Below, in pieces: positions 30,216-39,501 of a stretch of DNA of 64,000 nucleotides. Within the stretch, counting starts at the first letter, position 1, and each line of letters starts with the position of its first letter. Origin of the DNA: Mesorhizobium sp. (lineage in GTDB: Bacteria > Pseudomonadota > Alphaproteobacteria > Rhizobiales > Rhizobiaceae). A model generated the notes under the pieces. It had not been told where the DNA came from, ran no database searches, and saw only the letters and a program-made list of their open reading frames with translations. Where the stretch lies: contig CAWZZC010000027.1 of NCBI GenBank assembly GCA_963966365.1, positions 65,989-129,988 of the forward strand. Reading direction: 5' to 3'. The position numbers were made by a program, and so were the translations under genes.

Positions 30216-30935
30216 ATGATCGTCCAGGCCTGCTTGAACGGTGCACGCACGGTCGGCTTTCACCCGCGACTGCCAACAAGCGTCGAGAGCATCGCGCGCG
30301 AAGCTGCAGCCTGCGTCGCAGCTGGGGCGGCCGAATTGCACATTCATCCCCGCGGACCTGACGGGAAGGAATGCCTCGCCGCCGTCGACGAAACTGTTTT
30401 GGCACTGCGCCTGGCATGCCCAGGAACGCTCATCGGTGTCTCAACCGGGGCCTGGATCGAAAACGACGTAGCACGCACGCGCAATGCCATCGCCGGATGG
30501 CGCCAGTTGCCCGACTACGCATCTGTCAACCTGGCGGAACCTGATGCACCCGCCATAATCGAACTGCTGAGCCAACGTGGCGTCGGGATCGAAGCGGGAT
30601 TGGCCACGCCGAGGGATGCTGAAAGGCTTATAAATCTGGAAGAGGATCGCCGCATATTGCGCATCCTCATCGAGATAGACGAGCAGGCGCTCGACACCGC
30701 CTATCAGATCGCCGCAGACATTGCCGCCACGCTCGATCGCGCGGGCATGCGGCGTGCCATTCTTCTACACGGCTTCGACGCAACTGTCTGGCCGTTCGTA
30801 GAGCTGGCGCGCAAGCAACGCTGGTCGACACGCGTTGGTCTCGAGGACGGCAAACATCTGCCAGATGGAACCGTCGCACCCGACAACGCGGCCCTGATTG
30901 CCGCAGCCGCTAAGCTGTTCGCCCGGCCAGCGTGA
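30216..30935 (+). CDS. BKACE-family (DUF849, 3-keto-5-aminohexanoate cleavage-like) enzyme
   Basis: Track ORF 30198..30935 trimmed to the ATG at 30216 (MIVQACLNGART...LPTSVESIAREAAACVAAGAAELHIHPRGPDG), which is typical of DUF849. Confidence 0.75.
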   Translation: MIVQACLNGARTVGFHPRLPTSVESIAREAAACVAAGAAELHIHPRGPDGKECLAAVDETVLALRLACPGTLIGVSTGAWIENDVARTRNAIAGWRQLPDYASVNLAEPDAPAIIELLSQRGVGIEAGLATPRDAERLINLEEDRRILRILIEIDEQALDTAYQIAADIAATLDRAGMRRAILLHGFDATVWPFVELARKQRWSTRVGLEDGKHLPDGTVAPDNAALIAAAAKLFARPA

Positions 30936-30979
30936 GATGCATTCGGGTATCCTGAAGGCGCGCCGGCGGCGCGCCGATC

Positions 30980-31804
30980 TCAGCCACCCTGCTTCTTCGA
31001 CGCCTTGTCCTCGTCCTTGAGCTGGCTCCAGCTGTTCTGCTGGGCGAGCATGGTGCGCAGATACGAGACATTCGCCCTGGCCTGGTCAGAAGACAGTTCC
31101 CCGGCAGCGATCCGCTCTGCCTCATCGAAGCGTCCTTGCAGGCCGACGACGAGCGCCAGGTTCTGGCGCACGCGGCTGTCGGCACCCGGCATCTCAGCCG
31201 CCTTGCGCATATGCGTCTCGGCGGTCGTCAAATCTCCTTCGAGCAGGTAGGACATGCCCATATTGGACAGGACGGTCGGCTCGTCGGGTTTCAGTTCCAG
31301 CGCCCGGCGGTAGAGCTTGCGCGCCTCGCCCGTGTCGCCGAGCTGGTCGAGGATGGCGGCCTCGGCCGACATCAGCTTCCAGTCGGGATATTCGGGTGTC
31401 TGGGCGCGCCTGATCGAATCGAGCGCTGGTTCCAGGTCCCCGGCTGCGGCCAGGGCCTTGCCATATGCCGCCAGCACCTCGCGGTCCTTGGGATGATCGA
31501 TCGCCAGCTTGCGCATGACCGCGAGAGACTGATCCGTGCGGCCGTTCATCTGCAGCACATTGGCGTAGCTGAGCGCCACAGGCTTGTCGGACGGATTCCT
31601 GGTGTATTTGCGGCCGAGCGAATCGGCAGCCTTGTCGAGTTGCTGGCTCGACATCTGTGCGAGCGACGTGGGGCTGGCCCGGCTGATCGAACCGGTCGTC
31701 ATCCTGTCCTTGGCGCAGCCCGACACCGCGGCGCCCAACGCCACGGCGATCACCGCCATCGTTAACCGTTTGCCGGTTGCGTTCGTCGCCCGATTGGTCA
31801 ACAT
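30980..31804 (-). CDS. TPR-repeat lipoprotein, TadD-like
   Basis: The track start at 31825 is TTG; the ATG at 31804 gives MLTNRATN... Lipobox AVSGC. Several TPR units follow (ALSYANVLQMNGR..., GKALAAAGDLEPA..., RRALELKPDE...). Confidence 0.8.
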   Translation of the reverse strand: MLTNRATNATGKRLTMAVIAVALGAAVSGCAKDRMTTGSISRASPTSLAQMSSQQLDKAADSLGRKYTRNPSDKPVALSYANVLQMNGRTDQSLAVMRKLAIDHPKDREVLAAYGKALAAAGDLEPALDSIRRAQTPEYPDWKLMSAEAAILDQLGDTGEARKLYRRALELKPDEPTVLSNMGMSYLLEGDLTTAETHMRKAAEMPGADSRVRQNLALVVGLQGRFDEAERIAAGELSSDQARANVSYLRTMLAQQNSWSQLKDEDKASKKQGG

Positions 31805-31862
31805 GCCCCTTCTCCGCCTGTGCAAAGCATCTGATGTGGATTACCGCCAGCATGGAGAAATA

Positions 31863-31892
31863 GTCCGTTAACCCTAACGGACCGTTAAGTCC
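31863..31892. promoter_or_regulatory. nested palindromes containing three CGTTAA/TTAACG motifs (candidate operator)
   Basis: GTCCGTTA-ACCC-TAACGGAC (31863-31882) overlaps GGAC-CGTTAA-GTCC (31879-31892). Lies between divergent gene starts. Confidence 0.35.
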
Positions 31893-31915
31893 GCCAAGAG
31901 CATCGATACCAGGAG

Positions 31916-33304
31916 TTGAAAGTGCCGACAAAGCCGATCGAGCTGACAGACAGGCAGGCCGAGGGATCGCGCCCCGTTCATCTGATCGAGAAGGGAACCC
32001 TGGCGGAAAAGGGCCTGCAACCCGCCGTGCTGGCCTGGGCGCAGGACAACGGCTTTTCCGGCAAGGCTGGCGAAACGCTGGTCTTCCCGGACGAGGCGGG
32101 ACGACTTGGTGGCGCTCTGTTCGGCATGGAGGCGGCAGAAGGACTGGCAGCGCTGGCGACAGGAACCCTCGCCCGCGTCCTGCCCGAAGGCGACTGGCAC
32201 TTCGCCGACACTCCGGACAAGCCGCATCTGGCCTGCCTGGGGCTCTTGCTGGGCGCGTACCGATTTGACCGGTACAAGTCGAACGGCGCGAAGGCATTGC
32301 GTTTTGCCGTCCCGGCCGGCGCCGACCCTGCCCGCGTCGCGCGTGTTGCCGACGGCGTGTACCTGACCCGCGACCTGATCAACACGCCGACCAACGATCT
32401 CGGGCCGGCCGCGCTGGAACAGGCCGTGCGTCAGCTTGCCGAGCGGCACGGGGCCGATGTGAAGGTCGTCACGGGCGAGGAGCTTCTGCAGCAGAACTTT
32501 CCGATGATCCATGCGGTGGGGCGCGCCGCCAGCGAGGCCCCGCGTCTCATCGACCTGACATGGGGACCATCGGATGCGGCGAGAGTGACGCTCGTCGGCA
32601 AGGGGGTGTGTTTCGACACGGGCGGGCTCGACATCAAGCCGGCCAGCGGCATGCTTCTGATGAAGAAGGACATGGGCGGAGCGGCCAATGTCCTTGGCCT
32701 CGCCTCGATGATCATGGCGGCGGGTCTCAAGCTGCGGCTGCGGGTGCTCATTCCCGCGGTCGAGAACGCCATTGCCGGCAATGCCTTCCGGCCCGGCGAC
32801 GTTTTGAGAAGCCGGAAGGGTCTGACGGTCGAGATCGGCAATACCGACGCGGAGGGACGCCTGGTGCTCGCCGACGCCCTGACACTGGCGGACGAGGAAG
32901 CGCCGCAACTGCTGATCGACATGGCGACGCTGACGGGAGCGGCCCGTGTGGCGCTCGGTCCCGACGTGCCGCCCTTCTATACCGACGACGAAGCGCTTGC
33001 CGCGGAGATCATGTCGGCTGCGGGTTCGCAGGCCGATCCGCTTTGGCGCATGCCGTTGTGGAAGCCCTACGCCGCGAAACTCTCCTCCAAGGTGGCCGAC
33101 CTGAACAACGTCACCGCCGACGGATTTGCCGGCTCGGTGACGGCCGCGCTGTTCCTGCAGCGATTCGTGGAGAAGGCGGCTGCCTGGGCCCATTTCGACA
33201 TCTATGGCTGGAACCCCTCGGACCGTGCGCACGGGCCGACAGGCGGGGAGGCGCAGGGCATTCGCGCGCTCGAGCAATTGATCGTGGAAAGGTTCGCCGG
33301 CTGA
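31916..33304 (+). CDS. M17 leucyl aminopeptidase family protein
   Basis: 462 aa. M17 catalytic block VGKGVCFDTGGLDIKP...NTDAEGRLVLADAL. The start is TTG at 31916 or GTG at 31922, after an AGGAG RBS. Confidence 0.9.
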   Translation: MKVPTKPIELTDRQAEGSRPVHLIEKGTLAEKGLQPAVLAWAQDNGFSGKAGETLVFPDEAGRLGGALFGMEAAEGLAALATGTLARVLPEGDWHFADTPDKPHLACLGLLLGAYRFDRYKSNGAKALRFAVPAGADPARVARVADGVYLTRDLINTPTNDLGPAALEQAVRQLAERHGADVKVVTGEELLQQNFPMIHAVGRAASEAPRLIDLTWGPSDAARVTLVGKGVCFDTGGLDIKPASGMLLMKKDMGGAANVLGLASMIMAAGLKLRLRVLIPAVENAIAGNAFRPGDVLRSRKGLTVEIGNTDAEGRLVLADALTLADEEAPQLLIDMATLTGAARVALGPDVPPFYTDDEALAAEIMSAAGSQADPLWRMPLWKPYAAKLSSKVADLNNVTADGFAGSVTAALFLQRFVEKAAAWAHFDIYGWNPSDRAHGPTGGEAQGIRALEQLIVERFAG

Positions 33305-33405
33305 ACCGCTTGCCAGCCGGAGCGTTTTGCGATCCGATGATACGGAGCCGAAACGACGACCAGTGGAACCGACCTGGCATTCGCTGGCCATGAGCGGAGA
33401 AGGCG

Positions 33406-33759
33406 ATGATGTCGGTTTCACTGCGCCCGGCAGAGGCCCTGCGTCTGTGGCAGAACGTGACCCTGGCCGAAATCAAGGACGACAGGCCGGATCTCACCAT
33501 GCGGCAGGCGGCGATCCTGCTGACGATCTATCTGGATCCGCCGCCCCACACTGTGCGAGGACTGGCTGCGCGATTGAACGTGGCGAAACCGGTCATCACC
33601 CGCGCCCTTGACACGATGGGCGCCATGAAGCTGGTTTCGCGCCATCGCGATCCGCGCGACCGACGCAACGTACTCGTCCGGCGCACCGTCGAAGGCGCCC
33701 TGTTCGTCGAACGTTTCGGCGACGTTATCATTGAACAAGCAAGAGACCTGCCGCTGTGA
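33406..33759 (+). CDS. small MarR-family transcriptional regulator
   Basis: 117 aa. Winged-helix pattern LTMRQAAILLTIY...VRGLAARLNVAKPVITRALDTMGAMKLVSRHRDPRDRRNVLV. Confidence 0.8.
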   Translation: MMSVSLRPAEALRLWQNVTLAEIKDDRPDLTMRQAAILLTIYLDPPPHTVRGLAARLNVAKPVITRALDTMGAMKLVSRHRDPRDRRNVLVRRTVEGALFVERFGDVIIEQARDLPL

Positions 33760-34616
33760 CACCGCTCGATGCAAGACTGCATGCCCACCGCCCGGATATG
33801 GCCGACATTCGCCTCCAGGGCCAGGTGGCGGCTCCACGTTTCGTCGAGGGGCGGCCAATGCGCGTCGGCGTCCCGGTGGCCGACATGCGTGCGGGACCGG
33901 AGACCGGTTCCGGCGTCAACAGCCAGCTCGTTCTGGGCGATCCGGTGCTGGTGTTCGATACGGACGGCGACAATGCCTGGGTGCAGTCGGCCGAAGACGG
34001 ATATGTCGGCTACCTGCGGTCATCCGATCTGGGAGAGGCTGGGCTCGAACCGACACATCGCGTGATCGCGCCGCGCACCTTCGTCTATCCACGACCCGAT
34101 ATGAAGGCGCCGATCAGCCGGGCCATCTCGATGGGCTCACGGCTCACGATCATCGGCCATGCCGAAACGCGCGGCACGCGCTACGCGCTGCTTTCCTCGG
34201 GCGAGGCGGTGATCGAGGCGCATGTGCTCCCGGTCGACCAGTCGCTCCCCGATTTCGTCGCGGTGGCCGAGATGTTAGAGCACACGCCCTATCTGTGGGG
34301 CGGCACCAGCGGCTTCGGACTGGACTGTTCGGGCCTGATCCAGCTTGCCATGCGCATGGCGGGGCGCGTTGTGCTGCGCGATTCAGACATGCAGGCGGAG
34401 ACCATCGGCGCACCGGTCGATCCGGGGATGGGTCACGCCGAACTGCGCCGTGGTGACCTCGTTTTCTGGAAAGGCCATGTCGGCATCGTCTGCGAACCCG
34501 GCCGGATGATCCATGCCTCAGGCCATCAGATGATGGTGGTCAGGGAACCGCTCGCCGAAGCGATCGCGCGGATCGAGCGCGTTTACGGTCCGCCGAGCGC
34601 CATTCGAAGGCCCTGA
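33756..34616 (+). CDS. NlpC/P60 (C40) peptidase with an N-terminal SH3b-like region
   Basis: GTGA start/stop overlap with the MarR gene. Catalytic block YLWGGTSGFGLDCSGLIQLA, with His in WKGHVGIV and IHAS. Confidence 0.85.
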   Translation: MTPLDARLHAHRPDMADIRLQGQVAAPRFVEGRPMRVGVPVADMRAGPETGSGVNSQLVLGDPVLVFDTDGDNAWVQSAEDGYVGYLRSSDLGEAGLEPTHRVIAPRTFVYPRPDMKAPISRAISMGSRLTIIGHAETRGTRYALLSSGEAVIEAHVLPVDQSLPDFVAVAEMLEHTPYLWGGTSGFGLDCSGLIQLAMRMAGRVVLRDSDMQAETIGAPVDPGMGHAELRRGDLVFWKGHVGIVCEPGRMIHASGHQMMVVREPLAEAIARIERVYGPPSAIRRP

Positions 34617-34622
34617 ACCCGC

Positions 34623-35573
34623 TCAATATCCAGCGTCGCGGTCGACCAGGTTGGACAGTTCCCCGCCGCGATCATAGGCATCCATCTGGTCGAGCATCGG
34701 CGGTACCAGATGAGCCGGGTCGGAGGTTGCCGCCGCATGCGGCGTCACGAACACCTTGGGGTGCGCCCACAAGGCGCTCGTCTTGGGCAGGGGCTCGGTC
34801 TCGAACACGTCGAGGCTCGCTTCCTTCAGGACGCCGTCGTCAAGTGCGCGCACGATGTCGGCATCCTTCTGCAGCCTGCCGCGCCCGGCGTTGATGAGCA
34901 CGGCGCCGCCGATGGCGTTGTCGCGCCTGAGCTTCGAAAGCAGCGAATAGTCGACAATGCCGGTGGTCGCCGGGGTGAGCGGGAGAAGCACCACCAGAAT
35001 GTCGGTGGCGGCCAGAAAATCGGCCAGGCCTTCCTTGCCGCTGAAGCTTGTCGCACCCTCCACGGTCTTCGCACGACGCGTCCAGCCGTTGACCGTGTAC
35101 CCGAGCGTGAGCAACGCCTTGGCGGCCGCGCCGCCAAGCTGGCCCATCCCCATGATGCCGACGCTGACCTGATCGGCAGGCGGCTGGGGCGGCTCATGCC
35201 AGATCTTGCGTTTTTGCTGAGCACGGTAGAGCGCACCCTGGCGATGATGATCGAGGACACGCCAGCAGATGTATTCGACCATATACTGAGTGAGGTTTTC
35301 GGCGACCACCCGCACGATGGGCACGTCTGGCAGGCCGGGATCGGCGAACACATGATCGACGCCGGCCCCGATCGAGAAGATCGCCTTCAGATTGGGCAGC
35401 GAGGCCAGCAGGTTCGGCTTCTGCTTCCACACCACCGCATATTCGATCGATGGATCCGTCGGGCTGTCGGGTTCGAGCACGACGTCGCGCCGCGAGGACA
35501 AAAGTTCGTGCCAGCGGCGCGGATTGAAGCCTGTCACGGCAAGCAGGATGCGTCCCTTGGGCTTGTCGGTCAT
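34623..35573 (-). CDS. D-2-hydroxyacid dehydrogenase, GhrA-like glyoxylate/hydroxypyruvate reductase
   Basis: 316 aa. NAD-binding GIMGMGQLGGAAA and the catalytic region INAGRG...DVFETEPLP...TPHAA. Confidence 0.85.
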   Translation of the reverse strand: MTDKPKGRILLAVTGFNPRRWHELLSSRRDVVLEPDSPTDPSIEYAVVWKQKPNLLASLPNLKAIFSIGAGVDHVFADPGLPDVPIVRVVAENLTQYMVEYICWRVLDHHRQGALYRAQQKRKIWHEPPQPPADQVSVGIMGMGQLGGAAAKALLTLGYTVNGWTRRAKTVEGATSFSGKEGLADFLAATDILVVLLPLTPATTGIVDYSLLSKLRRDNAIGGAVLINAGRGRLQKDADIVRALDDGVLKEASLDVFETEPLPKTSALWAHPKVFVTPHAAATSDPAHLVPPMLDQMDAYDRGGELSNLVDRDAGY

Positions 35574-35597
35574 GGATTCAGCTCACCCCCCTCTGTT

Positions 35598-37229
35598 CTA
35601 CTGGCTGACGACACCCGCCGGCGCCGCCGTGATGTCGAACGCCGCGGCGATCAACGCCTTCGTGTAGTCCGTCTGCGGCCTCTCGAATATCTGCTGGCCG
35701 GACCCGTATTCCACCACCTTGCCATTGCGCATGACGATGACCTCGTTGGCAAGGGCGCGGACCACCTTCAAATCGTGGCTGATGAAGAGATAGGCCAGGT
35801 TGTGGCTTTTCTGAAGATCGCGCAGCAGATCGACGACTTGCGCCTGAACGCTCATGTCGAGCGCCGAGGTCGGCTCGTCGAGCATGACGAATTTCGGCTT
35901 GAGAACCATCGCGCGGGCGATCGCGATGCGCTGGCGCTGGCCGCCGGAAAATTCGTGCGGATACCGAAACCTCGTCCCGGGATCGAGCCCGACTTCGTGC
36001 AGAACCGCAACGACCCGCTCGTCACGCTCGTCCGGCGACAGCTTCGGCTCGTGGATGCGCAGGCCCTCCTCGATGATCTCGGCCACCGACATCCTGGGAC
36101 TGAGCGAACCGAACGGGTCCTGGAAGACGATCTGGATTTCCTTTCGCAGCGGCCGCATCTCGGTCAGCGACAGGCTGTCGATATCGCGCCCGCGAAACTC
36201 GATCGCACCCTGCGAGGCGATCATGCGGCACAGTGCCAGGCCGAGCGTGGTCTTGCCGGAACCCGACTCGCCGACAATGCCGAGGGTCTGTCCGGCGCGC
36301 ACCGTAAGATCGATGCCGTCGACAGCCTTCACATGATCCACGGTGCGCCGGAAGAAGCCCTTCTTGATCGGAAACCATACCTTCACGTCCTTGCCCGACA
36401 TCACGCTTTCGACGTCGTGGCGGGTGGCCGGCGGCGAGCCCTTCGGCTCGGCGGCGAGAAGGTGGCGTGTATAGTCATGCTGCGGATCGTCGAATATCTG
36501 CCTGGTCGGCCCGTGCTCGACGATCCTCCCGCCGGTCATCACGCAGACCCTGTCTGCAATGCGCCGCACGATGCCGAGGTCGTGCGTGATGAAGAGGACC
36601 GACATGCCGTTCCTGGCTTTAAGCCGATCAAGCAATTCGAGGATCTGGGCCTGCACGGTGACGTCGAGAGCGGTGGTGGGTTCGTCAGCGATCAGCAGCG
36701 ACGGCTCGTTGGCGAGCGCCATGGCGATCATCACGCGCTGCCGCTGGCCGCCGGACAGCTGATGCGGGTAGGCGCCAAGCCTCTTTTCAGCGTCGCGGAT
36801 TCCAACTTCGTTCAACAGTTCCAGCGTACGCCGGCGCGCGCCGGCATCGCTCATGCCCTGGTGCAGCTTCAGCACCTCGCCGATCTGCTGCTCGATCGTA
36901 TGCAGGGGATTGAGCGAGGTCATCGGCTCCTGGAAGATCATGGTGATCTCCTTGCCGCGCACACGCCGCAGTTCCGGTTCCTGCGCGGCGAGCAGGTCGC
37001 GCCCGCCAAACAGAATCTGGCCCGAGGGATGACTGGCCGCCGGATAGGGCAGAAGCTTGAGCACGGAAAGCGCCGTGACCGACTTGCCGGAGCCGGATTC
37101 GCCGACGAGCGCCACCGTTTCGCCCTTGCCGATGTCGAAGGACACGCGATCGACGGCCAGGTTCTCCGCGCCGCCTTGCGTGAAGGCGACCGAGAGATCG
37201 CGCACGGAAAGGAGGGGGGTCTGGTTCAA
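35598..37229 (-). CDS. yejF: ABC transporter ATP-binding protein with two ATPase modules (YejF-like)
   Basis: 543 aa. Two Walker A sites (GESGSGKS twice) and two LSGGQRQR signatures. TTG start in a TTGA overlap with yejE. Confidence 0.92.
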   Translation of the reverse strand: MNQTPLLSVRDLSVAFTQGGAENLAVDRVSFDIGKGETVALVGESGSGKSVTALSVLKLLPYPAASHPSGQILFGGRDLLAAQEPELRRVRGKEITMIFQEPMTSLNPLHTIEQQIGEVLKLHQGMSDAGARRRTLELLNEVGIRDAEKRLGAYPHQLSGGQRQRVMIAMALANEPSLLIADEPTTALDVTVQAQILELLDRLKARNGMSVLFITHDLGIVRRIADRVCVMTGGRIVEHGPTRQIFDDPQHDYTRHLLAAEPKGSPPATRHDVESVMSGKDVKVWFPIKKGFFRRTVDHVKAVDGIDLTVRAGQTLGIVGESGSGKTTLGLALCRMIASQGAIEFRGRDIDSLSLTEMRPLRKEIQIVFQDPFGSLSPRMSVAEIIEEGLRIHEPKLSPDERDERVVAVLHEVGLDPGTRFRYPHEFSGGQRQRIAIARAMVLKPKFVMLDEPTSALDMSVQAQVVDLLRDLQKSHNLAYLFISHDLKVVRALANEVIVMRNGKVVEYGSGQQIFERPQTDYTKALIAAAFDITAAPAGVVSQ

Positions 37230-38374
37230 CGGAACGTCTTCCTCGGATCGAAGGCGTCACGCGTCGCTTCTCCGATGAAGATCAGCAGCGACAGCATGAG
37301 CGATATGACAATGAAGCCCGTGATGCCGAGCCAGGGTGCGTTGAGGTTCTGCTGACCCTGCCTCAGGAGCTCGCCCAGGGAGGCCGAGCCCGGCGGCAGG
37401 CCGAAACCCAGAAAGTCGAGGGACGTCAGCGTCGTTATCGAGCCATTGAGGATGAACGGCAGGAAGGTGAGCGTGGCGACCATGGCGTTGGGCAGGAGGT
37501 GGCGATACATGATCGTCACGTTGGACACACCCAGCGCGCGGGCGGCGTTGACGTATTCGAAGTTGCGCGCGCGCAGGAACTCCGCCCGCACCACGCCGAC
37601 GAAGGCGACCCAGGAAAACAGGAGCATGATGCCGAGCAGTATCCAGAACCCCGGCGGCAGGACGGCGGCGATGATGAGGATCAGGTAGAGCACCGGGATC
37701 GACGACCAGATCTCGATGAAGCGCTGGAAGATGAGATCGGTCCAGCCGCCGAAATAGCCCTGCACCGCGCCGGCCGCCACGCCGATGATGGCGGAAAAGA
37801 AAGTGAGCGCCAGGCCGAACAGGACCGAGATGCGGAATCCGTAGATGGCGCGCGCCAACACGTCCCGCGTCTGGTCGTCGGTCCCCAGCCAGTTCCAGTT
37901 GCCCAGCGTGCAGCCGGGATCGTCGGCTCCCTGGGGGTAGCGGTTGCAACGCGTCTCGCGGTCATACATCCACGACGGCTTGGCTGGTGCGGCCTGCGGT
38001 ATCTCGTTGTTGACCGTGCGATAGGAATAGCGGATCGGTGGCCAGACGAGCCAGCCATTGGCCTCTATCTCCTCATGGATCACGGGGTCTCGATAATCGG
38101 TGACGGCAAGGAAGCCGCCGAACTTCTCCTCCGGATAGTCGACGAGCACAGGAAACAGGATCTCTCCCTTGTAGGAGGCGACGATCGGCTTGTCGTTGGC
38201 GATGAACTCGGCGAACAGCGACAGAACGAACAGGACGAGGAAAATCCACAGAGACCAGTAGCCGCGCCGGTTGGCCTTGAAATTCTGCCAGCGCCGCTGG
38301 TTAAGAGGCGATATCCACGGCCGGCGCTGGCGCGACGCGGCCTGCGGGACGGCGGGGGCGACGACGCGTTCCAT
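37226..38374 (-). CDS. yejE: ABC transporter permease (YejE-like)
   Basis: Track ORF 37226..38827 trimmed to the ATG at 38374 (MERVVAPAV...), which forms an ATGA overlap with the yejB stop. BPD-transporter permease fold. Confidence 0.9.
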   Translation of the reverse strand: MERVVAPAVPQAASRQRRPWISPLNQRRWQNFKANRRGYWSLWIFLVLFVLSLFAEFIANDKPIVASYKGEILFPVLVDYPEEKFGGFLAVTDYRDPVIHEEIEANGWLVWPPIRYSYRTVNNEIPQAAPAKPSWMYDRETRCNRYPQGADDPGCTLGNWNWLGTDDQTRDVLARAIYGFRISVLFGLALTFFSAIIGVAAGAVQGYFGGWTDLIFQRFIEIWSSIPVLYLILIIAAVLPPGFWILLGIMLLFSWVAFVGVVRAEFLRARNFEYVNAARALGVSNVTIMYRHLLPNAMVATLTFLPFILNGSITTLTSLDFLGFGLPPGSASLGELLRQGQQNLNAPWLGITGFIVISLMLSLLIFIGEATRDAFDPRKTFR

Positions 38375-39474
38375 CACACGTCCCTCCGCTCGAAATCGAT
38401 GCGCGGATCGATCCACGTGTAGGTCAGATCGGAAATCAGGCTGACGAACAGGCCGATCAGCGAAAAGATGTAGAGATTGGCGAACACCACCGGATAATCC
38501 CGGTCGAGCACCGAACGGAAGCCCAGCAGCCCGAGACCGTCGAGCGAGAAGATGTTTTCGATGAGAAGCGAGCCGGTGAAGAAGGCGGAAATGAAAGCGC
38601 CTGGGAAGCCGGCGATGATGATCAGCATGGCGTTGCGGAAGACGTGGCCGTACAGCACCTGCCGCTCCGTCAGCCCCTTGGCGCGCGCGGTGATCACGTA
38701 TTGCTTGCGGATCTCGTCGAGGAAGGAATTCTTGGTGAGCAGCGTCGTGGTGGCGAAAGCCGACAGCACCATGGCCGTCAGCGGCAGGGTGATGTGCCAC
38801 AGATAATCGACGATCCGGGCCGGCCATGACAGTTCGTGCCAGTTGTCCGAGACCAGTCCGCGAAGCGGGAACCAGTCATAGAACGAGCCTCCGGCGAACA
38901 GCACCATCAGGAGGATGGCGAACAGGAAACCGGGGATCGCGTAGCCGACGATGACAATGCCGCTGGTCCAAATGTCGAAGGCAGATCCGTCCTTGACCGC
39001 CTTGCGGATGCCGAGCGGGATCGAGATCAGATAGGAAAGAAAGGTGATCCACAGGCCGAGCGAAACCGACACCGGCATCTTTTCGAGGATCAGGTCAATG
39101 ACCGAGATGTCACGAAAGAAACTCTCGCCGAAATCGAAGCGGGCATAATCCCAGATCATCTTGACGAAGCGCTCGAGCGGTGGCTTGTCGAAGCCGAACT
39201 GCTCCTCCAGCTGCCGGATGAATTCCGGGTCGAGACCCTGTGCGCCACGATACTTGGAGGAGTATTCTCCTCCCGCGTCGAAGCTCTGGCCGGCCATGTC
39301 CCCGCCGGCGCCGGAAATGCGGTCGGTCGCGTCGCCGCCCTGGCCGGTGACCTTGGCGATGACCTGCTCAACCGGACCACCCGGAGCGAACTGGACCACG
39401 GCGAACGAGATCGCCATGATGCCGAGCAGCGTCGGGATCATCAGAAGCAGGCGTCGGAGAATATAGGCGCCCAT
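38374..39474 (-). CDS. yejB: ABC transporter permease (YejB-like)
   Basis: 366 aa. [25 protein letters not shown]-terminus is typical of the DppB/YejB family. Confidence 0.9.
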   Translation of the reverse strand: MGAYILRRLLLMIPTLLGIMAISFAVVQFAPGGPVEQVIAKVTGQGGDATDRISGAGGDMAGQSFDAGGEYSSKYRGAQGLDPEFIRQLEEQFGFDKPPLERFVKMIWDYARFDFGESFFRDISVIDLILEKMPVSVSLGLWITFLSYLISIPLGIRKAVKDGSAFDIWTSGIVIVGYAIPGFLFAILLMVLFAGGSFYDWFPLRGLVSDNWHELSWPARIVDYLWHITLPLTAMVLSAFATTTLLTKNSFLDEIRKQYVITARAKGLTERQVLYGHVFRNAMLIIIAGFPGAFISAFFTGSLLIENIFSLDGLGLLGFRSVLDRDYPVVFANLYIFSLIGLFVSLISDLTYTWIDPRIDFERRDV

Positions 39475-39501
39475 CAGCCAGCCCGCCCGGTCATGGCCTC
39501 G

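Noticed and set aside
34710-37355. Very long ORFs in the track with no recognisable domains: 34710..37355 (881 aa), 38836..41472 (878 aa), 17782..20085 (767 aa), 27225..29357 (710 aa), 4540..6450 (636 aa), 59028..60743 (571 aa), 6330..7967 (545 aa), 31874..33421 (515 aa), 45325..46860 (511 aa) and 3027..4466 (479 aa).
   Set aside because: Each lies antisense or out of frame over genes with unmistakable family signatures (yejF/yejE, yejA, deoB/tadE, cpaF/tadB, pnp and others). Their translations are Arg/Ala/Gly/Pro-rich low-information sequence. This is typical of stop-codon-poor alternate frames in high-GC DNA.
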